Part shown: piece by piece, positions 24,601 to 38,401 of the stretch
How the letters are laid out: every line of letters starts with the position of its first letter
Position numbering within the stretch: position 1 is the stretch's first letter
Source of the DNA: Podarcis cretensis
Lineage: Eukaryota
Length of the DNA stretch: 64,000 bases
Assembly: GCA_951804945.1 (NCBI GenBank)
Contig: OX638151.1
Span: forward strand, 40,362,001-40,426,000
Direction: 5' to 3'
Notes under the pieces: model-generated
Seen by the model: the letters and a program-made list of their open reading frames with translations, nothing else
The model's database searches: none
Told to the model about the DNA's origin: nothing
Made by a program: the position numbers and the translations under genes

Positions 24601-25542
24601 AGTCATACATTTGGCCCATGGTGATGGTTTTTGGGGGATAAACTTGGCTGAAAGCCTGTTCTTGGGACTGGACAAACGCCTGCATTAATAAATAGGTGCT
24701 GTGGATTTGTGAGTGCTGAATGCTCACAGAACTTCCTCCTTCTCAGTAAAGAACTTTCCAGAGCTGGACGGAATCCTCTCACCCAAGGTATCCATTGGGT
24801 CTTTTTGGAGAGGAAGGAATATAAAGGGCTTCTTCTTCTAGCTGATTGATTGGTGGTGGGATAACAGTGAGTGGTCAGAGGGAGAAGAGGGACACTTCTG
24901 GGAGGGGGAGATGTGTTGGTCACCATGTAACACTGGAGAACCACTGTGATAATGTAGACCTGGGTTCAAATCTGTACTCAGCTATGGGGCTCACTGTGTG
25001 GACAGGGACATATCACAACTTTACAGGGTTGTTAAAATAAGATGGTGCGAATCAGTCTGTGTCATCCTGACACATAAATTAATTTCATTGTTTCTTCTTA
25101 TGTCTGTAAAACAAACAGTCCCATTGGTGACCTGTGCGGTCAGCCTAGGAAAACAGAATTTTAACTTAAAATATTGTCAAGCCATACTTCGAGAAATTGA
25201 AATGTGATTTAAACAAACATAAAGTCAAATCACCCTCATATACAAGCTCGCTCAGCTCAGTTGCCATTCTACTTTATGTTGGTTGCATTTAGTGGTTTGG
25301 CAGATCCTTGCGTATTTTTGGATCAAAAACTCTGACCAGAAAGGACAAAAGGCCCTGGAATGAAGTGCAGGGAAGACTCCAGCAAAGAGGACTATTTATT
25401 TATTGTTTTAAAAATAGTTCAGCCAATCTCTAATTGTATTGATCTTGGCAAACGAATATTGTGATTTTCATTTTATTTTTGCCGTGTTCCATTTTAAACA
25501 GCAGATAAAAATAGTGGACAAAAATTGTGTGTGTGTATGTTT

Positions 25543-25562
25543 ACACACACACACACACACAC
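25543..25562. repeat. (AC)n microsatellite
   Basis: Perfect dinucleotide run. Confidence 0.9.
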
Positions 25563-26494
25563 CCCAATGCATTTTTTTCTTCCCTTATATTGTACGAGTG
25601 CAGGATGATAAATACTGAGCATGGGAGGGGGGTGGGGGTGGCCTGCCTTCTTTCTTTTTGTGCTTTTGCATTTCCAACTTTGTTCCTTCCCCTCTCCCAC
25701 CTTTTCCTTTGTCTCATCCTTTGTACTGTCGTCTGTGCTATAGTTCCCTTAACAACCTCCCTCTCTTCATTTGCATTTCTCATATGACTGTAACCTTATT
25801 CTGAGGCCTTTGTTGCATAACAGACTTCAGTCCCACTCCTTCATTTGTCTACTGTAATAAATAAACAGAGAGATAAACAGGTAAATAGGTAAGAGAAACT
25901 TTTCAACTCCAAAGTAAATCCCACTATGCTCAATGGGGCCTACGCCCAAGTAAGTAGGCACGAAACTGCAGCCTTCACCTGAGTTTATCTATTTTTTCAG
26001 TGTCTGACTTATATCCAGTTCTCCTAGGGACGCAGACATCTGTCAGTTTAGCTGTTTCTAAGTTCTTCATTTTTAGAGTCTCAAGTTCAGTTCTGCATCA
26101 ACTAGCTTTTTTTTTTAAGGAAGTTTGTGGTCATTTTCATTGGTGCACAATCATCCTGATGTGCTTGTTTTTGTATGCAATCTTGGCCAACGGTGTGCCT
26201 AATGGTGTGCTTTTCTACTAATATTATTTTTTGTCCACCTAATATATGCTTTTAAAATGCATTTACTATCTGGAAAGTGACTTCAAAATATTTGAAGAAG
26301 TGTGAATTTTGAAGAGCAGATGCACTTCAGTTTTCATTGGTTCAGAATGTGGGAACTAGGTAAATTCTTACTAAAATGTGAATGAATTATTTTCTCCTCT
26401 GTCCTTAGCTCTACCAAGCACCCCAGTTGCTTGTGGGCTTCAAATTGAAAAAAAGGGAAGAATTAAAATACAATGGATAGCTAATTTAATAAAT

Positions 26495-26748
26495 AGTGAG
26501 CACTCAGGGCTGATTTCCTTAAGAATGGAGAGGTTTGATCTTCTTGCAGTCCATGGGACTCTTAAGAGTCTCCTCCAGCACCATAATTCAAAAGTATCAA
26601 TTCTTCGGCGATCAGCCTTCTTCATGGTTCAGCTCTCACTTCCATACATCACTACTGGGAAAACCATACTTTTAACTATACGGACCTTTGTTGGCAAGGT
26701 GATGTCTTTGCTTTTTAAGATGTTGTCTAGGTTTGTCATTGCTTTTCT
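26495..26748 (-). mobile_element. Bov-B (RTE) LINE internal ORF2 fragment
   Basis: Translation KKADRRRIDTFELWCWRRLLRVPWTARRSNLSILKEISPECS, a typical Bov-B ORF2 C-terminal region. Overlaps the copy at 58671. Confidence 0.92.
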
Positions 26749-27897
26749 GTTGCTGCACTACAACTCCCACAATCCTGACCTTGCAAGCTGGGGCTGATGA
26801 GAGTTGGACTCTAGAAACCTCTGGAGGGCCACAGGTTGCCCAGCCCAGCCTTAGGGGATAAAGGTCTTATTATGACTTCCTTGTGTCTGGCATATGGTCT
26901 TCCACGAGGTCATTGAACTTCTAGACAAATCCTTGGTTGATAGGAATGATCACAGCTCATTTGAGGAAGACAGTTGACATTTCAGCTGGTATACTTTCAA
27001 AGCTGTTTTGTTTTTTTAAACTCTGAGAACAGATAAAATATATTATGGCCAGGCACTGTGTACACAATACTCTTTCACTCAATCCTGCTGAACTTTCTTC
27101 CAAATTCTTTTGGATTATTAGCTTCTTTGGAACCAAAGGTGTTGATAACATTTGAAACCAGCACAAAATACTAGGCTGCCATTGGGAACCTTGGCAAGTA
27201 TGCTGGATTTGCTCTTGGAAAAGCAGGAACTATATTGCTATTTTGTGAAATTGTTGTTTTAAACTTGTTGCAAACCGCCCTGAGTGATGCATTTGCCTTA
27301 GATGGAGGGGACAGAAATGCTTAAATAAATACCCCTATTCAACAATGGATTCATTTTGGTCTTGGGCTTTCCCACTGTTTTCAAGCAGCCTTTGCCAATC
27401 TGGTAATTTCCAGATGTTCTGGACCACAGCTCCTATCAGTCCCAGAGTCGGGACAACTGTGTGAACTGGCACTGCTGGGAGGTGTAGCCCAGAAAATCTG
27501 GAAGGACACCAAACTGGCAAAGGCTGCTTTGAGGTTTCAGTCTTATAAGAATTTGGGATGAGAACTGGAGGCTAATGTAGGTCTCTTGAATTAGCCTCCA
27601 GTTCTCAATAAACCCAGCCAGCCTGGCCCATCTGGGATGGTGGGAAATGCAGCTCAGCAACAGCTGGATGGTCAAATGTCGTTTCCCCCCCCCCCCCGTG
27701 ATACAGATGTACTCATTAGAGAACAATGACTGACAACATTTACCTGCCAAGCGTTTTTTTGTTTTTAATTTATATATCTCTCAATATCAAAATAGGCTTT
27801 GAAACAGCTTACAAAATGTAAAAGCCAGCTGCATGTACATTAAAAAATAGATGCTCATAAGTAAAATAAACAATAAAACAACACACTTAAAGAAAAA

Positions 27898-28361
27898 GGG
27901 TTGTATTCAGCCAACTTTTGCTCAGAGTAAAGGTAAAGGGACCCCTGGCCATTAGGTCCAGTCGTGGCCAACTCTGGAGTTGCGGTGCTCATCTCGCTTT
28001 ATTGGCCGAGGGAGCCAGTGTACAGCTTCCGGGTCATGTGGCCAGCTTCTGGCGAACCAGAGCAGTGCATGGAAACGCCGTTTAACTTCCCGCTGGAGTG
28101 GTACCTATTTATCTACTTGCACTTTGACGTGCTTTCGAACTGCTAGGCTGGCAGGAGCAGGGACCGAGCAACAGGAGCTTACCCCGTTGTGGCGATTCAA
28201 ACTGCCAACCTTCTGATCGGCAAGCCCTGCCAACCTTCTGATCGGCAAGCGCCACCCGTGTCCATTTGCTCAGAGTAAACCCAGTAAAATGAATGGCCAC
28301 AATTAACTTAACTCCATTAATTTCAATGGGTCTGCTCTGAGTAAAAGTTTGTTGAATACAA
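27898..28361. mobile_element. Palindromic MITE interrupted by a Sauria SINE
   Basis: Arms gttgtattca..ttttgctcagagtaaaccca and tgggtctgctctgagtaaaagtttgttgaatacaa rejoin once the SINE is removed. Confidence 0.75.
27932..28264 (-). mobile_element. Sauria SINE with an internal tandem duplication in the head
   Basis: TSD tttgctcagagtaaa on both sides. ctgccaaccttctgatcggcaagc is repeated twice at ~28202-28250. Confidence 0.92.
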
Positions 28362-29444
28362 TCAACAGTATTTAAGTGCCTACACAGTGTAACCAGCTCT
28401 TAGTCTATATCCCAGCCTTGTTTTCTGGGCCTTGCTTCTCTTACCTATATCCTGAAGCTGTTTACACTGTGTACCCAAGTAACCTAAACTTGGTGCAAGC
28501 AAATAGACAAAAATGGAAAGCTTTTCTGCAGCCTGCTGGTACAATGATTAAAATGAAATGGGCGTGAAAATGGAGCCTTCCTTTCTTCTTCACCCCTTAA
28601 AGGGTTACTTTTTCTGTACGTGTACTCAAGAATAGCACTTGGAAACCACAGTACAGGAAGATCAGATTTCCTTCCACCCTCCGTTGCTTTTGTTAATAAT
28701 AATTAGCAGCTAGCACTCAGCCCCCGGGTCACATGTCTTCTGGTGAGAGACAAGCCCTGCCACTAATCCTGGTCCTCCTCTCCCATTATTGTTCCATTGA
28801 CTACTGTTGACTTTCTTGAGAGACTGGAAACCAAGGATAAATGAGAAACTGGAATCACAGCACTGGTGGGACAGGTTTCCCTGGCCAGTATTGCAACAGG
28901 CAGGAAAAATAAATAAACAGAAATCCACCATTTATCAACAGCTGGGAGCTGGGCCTATTAAGGGTCACTGTGTGCATATGTCTCAGACTAGGATGGTGTC
29001 CTAAACCTCTGGTTTTGGATTTCACCTCCCTCTCTGGATGCATTCCATTTGCCTGGGTGCATCCTGGTTCTTAACCAACCCTTGACAACAGAGGCTTAAA
29101 ATCTTCTGATCAAAAAGGCCCCATTAATTATCAGGAAACAATCACTTTATGTCATGGATTTAGATCATCAAAAGAGAAGATTGTGAAGAACAGCTAACTG
29201 GTCCTTAGACCGAGGAGAGCAATAGTGTGATTAAGAGGAAGAATTCTGTCTCTGCATCCGATCACACTTGCAAGTAGAAGTTTTCTTTAAAGGCTGGGCT
29301 TGACTAAATGGTTACTCAAAGGAACTGGCTTCTTCTACTGGCAGCTGAAGTTTGAAGCACAGAATCAGATTCACAGAGCCCCTTTCAGGATATGTTTGAA
29401 GAGAAATAGGGGATGTGACTCCATCTAATAGTGAACTAATGTCA

Positions 29445-29572
29445 TAACAGCTATAGGATCTGCTTTGCATGCCGAAGGTCCCAAATTCAATCCCTGGCAT
29501 CTCCATGTACTAAGCTAGATGAACCAATGGCCCAACGGTATAAGGCAGATTCCTATGCTCCTATGTTCCTAA
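29445..29572 (+). mobile_element. Squam3-type SINE, internally deleted
   Basis: atctgctttgcatgccgaaggtcccaaattcaatccctggcatctcca head and ggcagattcctatgctcctatgttccta tail. Confidence 0.75.
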
Positions 29573-29710
29573 CAGGTCTGGACCCCAAATGGAGCCACTA
29601 AAAACAAGTTCATCTTCCGTTTTCTACCTCTGTGCATCCACCATAGACTATGTAAGCGAAGATCAGTGAGATTGCTAATCATATGAGCAATGCAAGTTCA
29701 AATACTACCT

Positions 29711-31700
29711 AATAATAATAATAATAAATAATAATAAATTTTATTTATATCCCGCCCTCCCCAGCCGAAGCCGGGCTCAGGGCGGCTAACAATAATCAAA
29801 TAATCAAGCAATCAAATAATCACACATTCAAAATATTTCATTATAAAAATTAATTAAAATCAAATTAATGGCAACCGATTAAGCAAGATTCTGTGCAGGT
29901 TGCCAGAGGAGGGAGTCAGGTTGCGCCCTGACCAAAGGCCTGGTGGAACAACTCTGTCTTGCAGGCCCTGCGGAAAGATGTCAGGTCCCGCAGGGCCCTA
30001 GTCTCTTGTGACAGAGCGTTCCACCAGATTGGAGCCGCAGCCGAGAAGGCCCTGGCTCTAGTTGAGGCCAGCCTAACCTCTCTGAGGCCTGGGACCTTGA
30101 GGATGTTATTATTTGCAGACCGTAGGTTTCTCTGTGGGGCATACCAGGAGAGGCGGTCCCGTAGGTACGAGGGTCCTAGGCCGTATAGGGCTTTAAAGGT
30201 TAAAACCAGCACCTTAAACCTGATCCTGTACTCCACCGGGAGTCAGTGCAGCTGGTATAGTACTGGATGAATGTGATCTCGCAGCGAAGACCCCATAAGG
30301 AGTCTCGCTGCGGCATTCTGCACCCGCTGGAGTTTCTGGGTCAGTCTCAAGGGCAGCCCCACGTAGAGCGAGTTACAATAATCCAGTCTGGAGGTGACCG
30401 TCGCATGGATCACAGTGGCTAGGTCAGGGCGAGAGAGAAGGGGCCAACTGCTTAGCTGGGCGGAGATGAAAAAATGCCGCCTTTGTTATAGCTGTAATCT
30501 GTGCCTCCATAGAGAGGGAGGTATCGAAGATTACACCCAAACTCTTAACGGACGGTGCTGGCACTAATTGCACCCCCGCAAGAGATGGGAGTTGCCCCCT
30601 CAATCCCATATCGTCCCGCCCCAGCCAGAGGACCTCTGTCTTCGAAGGATTTAACACTGCAACCGGCTCCCACGTAACCATCCAGCCACAGCTTCCAGAC
30701 ATCTTGCCAGTGTGTCTGGGGCCGAGTCAGGATGGCCATCCATCAACAGATAGAGTTGGGTGTCATCAGCATACTGATGGCAGCCCAGCCCAAAACTCCG
30801 GACAAGCTGGGCGAGGGGGCGCATAAAGATGTTAAAAAGCATTGGGGAGAGAATCGCACCCTGAGGCACTCCACACACCAAGGAGTGGCGCGATGACAAT
30901 TCCCCCCCAAGCGCCACCCTCTGTCCCCGACCAGAGAGAAACGAGCGCAGCCATTGAAGGACTGTGCCCTGGATCCCCACGTTGGCAAGGCGGTGGTCCA
31001 GGAGTTCGTGATCGACCATGTCGAAGGCTGCTGACAGATCTAGAAGAATCAGCAGCCCCGACCCGCCTCGATCCAGCTGCCTGCGGAGATCATCTGTTAG
31101 GGCGACCAGAGCCGTCTCGGTCCCATGACCAGCGCGGAAGCCGGACTGGAATGGATCCAGAGCAGATGTTTCATCCAGAAACCTACCAAGCTGTTCAGCA
31201 ACCGCTCTCTCAATCACCTTACCCAGGAATGGAAGATTCGAGACCGGGCGGTAATTGGATAGATCTAAGGGATCTAATGATGTTTTCTTTAAGAGCGGAC
31301 GCACCACTGCCTCCTTCAGTTCCCCTGGGAATGTCCCGGTGCCAAGGGACAAATTGATGATATCCCCCAGGGGGGCCTGCACCTCGTCTGGACACGCTCT
31401 AATCAGCCATGATGGGCACGGGTCAAGAGGACAGGTGGTGGGCTTTCCAGCTCGGAGGAGTCTGTCCACATCGGCTGGAGATATCCGGTCAAAGTGGTCC
31501 AATACTGGACCCGAGGATAGTCGAGGGGCCTCCAGTTCCTTTATTGTATCCAAATTGGCAGGGAGGTCATGGCGGAGCAACAGGACCTTCTCCGCAAAAA
31601 AGCTCGCAAATGCCTCACAGCTGTGTGTCAGATTGTTATTTAAATTTGGCTGTCCTTCAAGGGACGTTAAAGACCGAATTATACTAAATAATTGCGCCAG
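29711..31700 (-). mobile_element. 5'-truncated, young L2-clade LINE (~2 kb)
   Basis: RT domain plus L2-type C-terminus (RIRFKVLVLTFKALYGLGPSYLRDRL..RAFSAAAPIWWNAL), 3'UTR and (TTA)n tail at 29711-29745. CpGs largely intact. Confidence 0.96.
29916..31700 (-). pseudogene. L2 ORF2 reverse transcriptase remnant, frameshifted near 30655 and 30430
   Basis: The 351-aa frame contains NYRPVSNLPFLGKVIE, QSGFRAGHGTETAL, LLDLSAAFD, GVPQGAILSP and YADD. It continues in other frames (LNPSKTEVLW, VKSLGVIFD). Endonuclease domain absent. Confidence 0.93.
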
Positions 31701-32229
31701 GTGCAATAAACACAGAAATTATTTGGCCATCTGAGAATGATTGCTGCTTATGGTCCAAGTCTAGTGCATTGTCGCCATTTACTCCAAAAATCACAGTACT
31801 CATATATGAAGCAGCATACAGTATTCACAAGCCATCAAAATAAATGCTGTATTTATTTAGAGCTGAAATTAATCCACCTTTCATTTTTCCTAAGTGCATT
31901 TTGATAGCAGTCATTCTCTAGATGTAAGAAGGTTTTTTTGCAAATGTCGTATTTATTTAAACTAAATAAACTCACAGTTAACAACAACAAACTCAGAACA
32001 ATACAACGGTCTTCCCACTCATTAGTAGACATTGGAATGCCATTACACGCCGCGCAAAGCCTTAACCCTTAGCATGCTGCAGGAACACCCCATGTATTAT
32101 TTTAACAAATTATTCCCCCAATTTTTCTTGAGACCCTGGGAACTTGGGGTTGGCAGTTCCTTTTGCTTACAAAGGTGGAAAATGGATATGAGGTTTCTAT
32201 GACCCTATCAGATTTGGTCACATCCTAGA

Positions 32230-32425
32230 TAAGCCTGCTCTGGTTTCAAAAGGAAGATTTATGGAGAAAAAGGCTACTAACCATTATAGATATGTTCTGC
32301 CTCCACAGCTGGAGGAAGTATGCTTCTGAAAACCAGCTGCTACAGGAGGCAAGAGTGCTGTTGCACTCAGATTCTGCTAGCCAGCTTGGCCACTGTGAGA
32401 ACAGGATACTGGGCTAGGCAGACCA
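32230..32425 (+). mobile_element. Old CR1 3' fragment
   Basis: ggtttcaaaaggaagatttatggag..ctgcctccac..ggccactgtgagaacaggatactgggctag. Confidence 0.65.
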
Positions 32426-32427
32426 CT

Positions 32428-32590
32428 CATAGAATCATAGAATCATAGAGTTGGAAGAGACCACAAGGGCCATCGAGTCCAACCCCCTGCCAAGCAGGAA
32501 ACACCATCAGAGCACTCCTGACATATGGTTGTCAAGCCTCTGCTTAAAGACCTCCAAAGAAGGAGACTCCACCACACTCCTTGGCAGCAA
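32428..32590 (-). mobile_element. Young CR1 LINE 3' end
   Basis: (ATTCTATG)n octamer tail (plus strand catagaat repeats). Translation LPRSVVESPSLEVFKQRLDNHMSG. Confidence 0.92.
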
Positions 32591-35500
32591 CTGTTGGGGT
32601 CTTCTTATCTGAGTTACCCTTTCTGACAGCACTGGGTTGGGAAGGCTAATATTTGACATCGGCATATAACAGTTTTGCAGCAGCAACCAATGTCTGCGCA
32701 GTATCTGATATGCAGCTGTCAACATTTGACAGTATCTGCTTGCTGGCATGCGGCAACCATCAACATTCGCTAATATCTTCCAGGTAGCAGACAACATTTG
32801 ACAGACATTGGCATGCTTGCCTTTGCTGCCCAGGAATATCAGAAAGCAAAGGAAGAGCCAAGGTCAAATAGGCAGGCAAAGAACCAATGGACAGAGGGTG
32901 CCAGTGACAGCCCAAGGATAGTTGTGAAGCCTGGAACAGCCATCAAATCTCACTGAGAGACATGGAGGGGGAAGAGATAAGTCAGAGATAGCAGGACCAT
33001 TAAAACTTTATTGCTAAAGTGCAAAAAAAATTAATAAAAAGTTATGTCCCAGTCTCACCCTGCTCATACTGACTGTTCTAGAGAAGGCGGTTAGCATATT
33101 TTATGAACATAAGCTAGTCTCTCATTCACTTGGCTCAACATGGCAACAACCCATGGATTAAAATAGAACTCCGATTCAGCAATTTAGGACTGGACTGGGA
33201 AGCAGTTTCTTAGGTGCACAAGTCTGCAGCAAATATAACAAACAAGTAAAAATAATAATACCCAGTGTTGTATTTATTTTGAGAAACTACTATATTTTCT
33301 TTGTGACAGACTCAAATAAGGTCAAGCAGTGCCTGCTTTAAGGAGAGGAGTGCTTAAGAACTATACCTGGCAGAACATGTTTCCAAATGTTTTCATCTGA
33401 CTTTCTGAAATAGGAACTACTGCTATAATGGAAACAGCTCCTTATTTTATAACTAGGAGCATTATATAGCAGCAGCTAGTAACTATGGTGAATCATTATT
33501 GAGGATCTTGTTGGGAATCTGAGGTGAAATACCCACGTAGCTGAAGTTGTCCCCAGCTCTCAGTCACCACACAGAGGCAACTTAAGATCCAAAATAGTTC
33601 ACTGCTGTAGAAGATCAGGCTCTAGTAATGCTGTTCCGGATGTTGATCTATACATACAGTTTGTAGGCTTTGCAGATACAGATACAGATATATACAAGTG
33701 GGAAGTATTTCTGTTGCTCCAGCAATTCAAAATGTAACACACACTCCAACTCACAGACAGACTCACCTTCCTCCATGCTCAGTTCCTCCTATAGATCTGT
33801 CAATTGGTGTCATGCTAAGAGTTGGAGAGAAGCTTGTTGCAAGTGAAAATACACACACATGCACAAGGCTACCCATTTGTAATGGTCCTGTTTGTGTGTG
33901 CTACAGGACGGGGGTGTTGGAGAGAGCAGATAACCTTAAACATGTACAAGAATCTCTGCACACACTGACATTAGATCAAATTTAAAACTAATACGTAGAA
34001 TGCTAAAAACTTCCCTGTGGACACTCTTTTATATAATTTCTCTTGAAGATAGCTAAGAAGTAAGCAAATTTATTCACTTTCAGATTTTAACAGTTTCTCA
34101 TTTCTACAAACTTAATTTCATTTCTCTCGTTTTCACATCAGTGTTCAATTTTTGTAAATCCTCATGAAAATTCACCATTTTGTGTGAATTTTTCTTAATT
34201 TCTCCATGTTTCTGTGTATATTTGCCTTATAAACAAATTTTTGCAAAGCAATGTCCTCCAGTATAATGCATTTTTATATATTATGTTCACTAGTATATGC
34301 ACTTTTATTCACACTACAGCCTAGTATATGCATTTTTGTGCACAATACTTGTCTGGAGAAATGAACTGGAGGGAAGGGGGGTTATTGGCTTGTGGTTTTT
34401 TGCTCTTGTTTTTATTATGCATTTTGTGTTTTTACATTGCATTTTTATGTTGTGAATCACCCTAAGATATGGCTATGTTTTGCTTCTCATATTCTTTCAG
34501 AAAATAGGAATTAGGCAGGTTCACCTTGAAATGTGAACAGAACCAAATTTCTCCCCCATCGTTATGTGGGAAGAAAGACCCACTAGCTGCCTTATGGGGG
34601 CATAAGCTTTATTACTGCCTCTGCTTCTGTGCCTTTAAAAACAGTCTGGAATACAGAAATTAACTAGAAAAGTGTTTCTGTCCCCCACGCCATAAAGTTA
34701 TCTTAATGTCAGGAAAACGTCACTGTTAAAAAGCTGGCAACTCCTTTGTAGTGCAGAGCATTATATGACAAAATGGTGAGAAGAATGGAACAAATGGTTT
34801 CTTCTTAGAAGGTACATGTCTGAGCATATGCGCAAATGTAGGCGCCACTAAGGACTTGTTAAGAGTTGACTGTCGTTTCCTAGCTCTGTTTTAATCAATC
34901 CACCTCCTGATTAGTCTACAAAAGGGATGAAAAATCCATGTGTCTACATGGGCACTACAAAAAAAGAAGACTGCAACTGGGGAAATGTGTGGACCTTCAG
35001 ATATGAAAACTCAAGACCTTGTGGTACTGACAGGTTTAACTTGGTGCTCTGGAGCAAGAAGTGCCTGAATCACCATGGCTTGATGCTCCACCAGCATTGT
35101 TTGATCATTCCACTTCTTCACATTTCAACTCCTTGCACTTTGGAGAGAGGAAACACAGGTTCCCCCTTTGCCCTTTCCTGAATAAATGTGTCATGTTACT
35201 ATGGATACCTCCCACCAGGGGCATGCTCTTTTGCATCCTGCTAATGTCTGCATTGATTGACAAAGAGGCCCTAAATAAACCTTGTTGAATGGGTTTTGAA
35301 AGGCAAAGGTCAGGGTTGAAAACCTGTCAATGGGCAGCGCTTAATGTACATTGATCTGGTCTCCCATGTTTTTTGGTGCGGTACCGGAAACTCCCAACCA
35401 CTTGCCTGTCTCTGGTTTTACTTTTAACCACTTAATGATGCTGTATTAACCATGGCCACTCAGAAGATGCAAGTCCTATTGAATTCAGTGAACTTCACTC

Positions 35501-36457
35501 CAGGGAATTTCTCCCCGTGATTCTGTACAGTGGTACTTAATTTGTTCCAGAGGTCCATTCTTAACCTGAAACGTCTGCACACAGCTGTGACCATGGGGTT
35601 TACAATTAGGGTTCATCTATTAAATGTGTGGGACACAAATGTCACATGTTGAGTTAGGGATATGAGCAAGATGTTGGGGAGAGAGGTAGGGCAAGTGGAG
35701 GAGACATTCGGCTGCCAACTTCATTCCAGTCTCGAATCTTCAGCAGCAGCCTAATATTGGGTGGGGGGGTTAGCAGGTAATTTCTGCATATAATTGTTAA
35801 TTATATGTTAATTATATGTTAAGTTAATTTCTGCATATAATCCTGCATATAATCCTACCTTTAAAGGCACAGGAGCAAAGTTAACAGAGACAAGTTGGCA
35901 TCCCTGGAACCATAGAGGCACAGCATTGTGATTGCACTATAAATGCACATGTATTTCTCATATGTTGCATGGTGATATGTCAAAAACTGAGCATCCTCAG
36001 TTAAAGAGGAGTTTGCTCCATTGTTTTGGAAAGACTAGATATTAGTCTGACATGGAGGGATCCTGAAGCAGAACCCCCATGATACAGACCTCTGCAGAAA
36101 TATCTGCCACAACCAGCTCCAGGTTGTTGTGGGCCCTTCTGCAAGAAGACAGTCCTCTTTCATCTCTGGGTGAATGAAAAATAGACCATCCCTTCAAATA
36201 TACAAACTGATCTCCTTTATGGTACACAACCATAAGCATCTGAAAATAGGGGAAATATCTGTTACTTTCTCCAGGGGGACCACATTTTAACTAGGGCTGA
36301 CACCTATACATTGCCTCAAAAGAGAAAATGCATCAACCAGAATGAGGCCACAGATATGCATAAAACCTGCATGTGTCAGTTTGCATGTATAGATGCCAAC
36401 TTAGAAATAATTACTATAAATTAAATAGAAATACAACAAATCTCACAGTTCTTTATA

Positions 36458-36683
36458 CAGTGGTACTTCGGGTTAAGTACTTAATTCGTTCCAGAGGTCC
36501 GTTCGTAACCTGAAACTGTTCTTAAACTGAAGCACCACTTTAGCTAATGGGGCCTCCCGCTGCCGCCGCGCCGCCAGAGCACAATTTCTGTTCTCATCCT
36601 GAAGCAAAGTTCTTAACCTGAAGCACTATTTCTGGGTTAGTGGAGTCTGTAACCTGAAGCGTATGTAACCCGAGGTACCACTG
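36458..36683. mobile_element. Tigger-like MITE
   Basis: TIRs CAGTGGTACTTCGGGTTA / TAACCCGAGGTACCACTG, TA TSD. Confidence 0.93.
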
Positions 36684-38234
36684 TATTGAAATGAAACTTG
36701 GACTGGGAAGCCTTTCAAACAGAGGGCTCCTTCAACTACAGGACTGTCCTTTTCAAAGTAGTACATGTTGCCATCCAAATATTCCTGTTTCTGGTATGAA
36801 TTAGTACATTACAGCAGATGTGCCCCTCTGGCCCTGCCAAATGCCTGATCCTGCCTCCAGCCATAAAGCCTGTGGTGGCAGAATCCACAGAACCCAGAAG
36901 CTCAGAAACAACTTCAATAGTTGACCCATTTGTTTTGCAGCAGATAGTGGCATTTAAGAATCTGATACATTTACATCAAAGGGAACTATGCCTGTTGGCA
37001 CCTGTAGGTACCTGCATTGTGCTTTTTGAGAGTTTTAGTTGTTGTTTTTTTAAAATCGCTTTGGCATAAGCATGACCTCCAACTTCTTGAATCCTTTTGC
37101 ATATAGTTTTTTTTCCTCTCCCAAGTTTCCTTAGACTGTGGTTTTCCTGCTTTCAGGAGCTTGTAGAAAAGTTTCTCAAGCCTCTGCTCCCGCCACTGGC
37201 TTTGTGAAAAGATTTTCTCTTCAGTGGCTGGATCTGTAGATCCTGCAATAATCCTCCTGGACCTGAGAGAACTTGCTTGTTTTCTATTACAAATTGTATT
37301 ATTTGTCAAGCCCCTTTGCTTTTGTTACACTCAGAACTGCTTGACTTCCGCTGCTTGTTTTATAGCTGAGTCCCAACATTACAGTCTATGGGGCACTGCC
37401 TTCTCTTTCCCTGCCCTGCAGATTACCCAGTGCACTTTGCTACCTACCATAACCATCTATTGTACAACTGGATTTCGTTCTGTTTATTCTCTGCAAACTC
37501 CATTAATGTCAGGCTGTTCACTTGAACTCCTGCATCTATTCTTAAATGCCACACCTTGTCAAACTCTGACGTCCTGAATTTTGCAAATGAAAAAGGGAGG
37601 ACATAAATGTCGTGCTTGTAGGGGTGTGAAAGGGGTGTGCCAGGTGTGTCCAGGTCCCCCTCTCCCCAATGTTGTACAGAGCGGCAACCTGCCTCCCACA
37701 ACTTTCCGCATCATCTCATTGAACTTGGGTACTAGGTGTGTGGTCAACTCAATACAAGACTTGGGAGTAGTATCACAGCTGCTGCCCCGTCTTGTAAGTG
37801 TATTTGGCAGACCTGCACACAAATGATACCCAACCTGTAGGTTCTTCATGTGATGTGGAATGATTGCATTGGTAAGGTCCCTGATTGCATAGGTGCAAGC
37901 TATGCACAGCTTGTATGTGTGTAGGCTCCTTTTCACACACCAAATGCACATATGGGACCAGGGTAGAGGCAAAGACTGACAGCAGGCATGATCCCACTTA
38001 ATCCCACCTCTCCAAATAGCATCCTATGACCTGACCCAAAATATTCTGGAGGACCCCCTGAGCCTCTAAATATGGGCTTGGGAGGAGGGAATACAGGTGA
38101 TCGGAGAGGGGAACAGACAGGAAGCCCTTGTGAACTTCCCTAAATTCACTTATCTTAATCCAAGCAAAGGTGTGGTGTGTTGCCCTTTGCAACTTTCATT
38201 TTCATTGCATCATTAACAGAATTCTCCTTTGCAG

Positions 38235-38401
38235 CCAGTTTCTATTGGGCTGGTGAAGTGGTCTTTTCATGGAGAGAGGCATTGTTCTCTCCTCTACTCT
38301 GGAGCAGTACAAAGAGACTACTTGTACTGTGCTGGCACGTGTCAAGTTTGAAGACGATCCTTCCTTGCAGAGGAAATTATCCACACTTTTTCAAGGCCAG
38401 T
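38235..38401 (+). CDS. Candidate exon with ATG at 38269 (MERGIVLSSTLEQYKETTCTVLARVKFEDDPSLQRKLSTLFQGQ), host gene unidentified
   Basis: ttctcctttgcag acceptor, ttcATGG start, 44 open codons, AGT|gtatgt donor (phase 1). No homology recognised. Confidence 0.22.

Noticed and set aside
30651-31706. 351-aa RT as a retron, DGR or domesticated gene
   Set aside because: Ordinary L2 ORF2 motifs, 5' truncated, frameshifted downstream, and followed by a LINE 3'UTR and simple-repeat tail.
35528-35572. Fifth Tigger-like MITE
   Set aside because: Only a ~45-bp left-end fragment with an internal deletion and no second TIR.
35778-35856. Short AT-rich tandem duplications
   Set aside because: Local slippage within a degraded repeat; no spacer structure.
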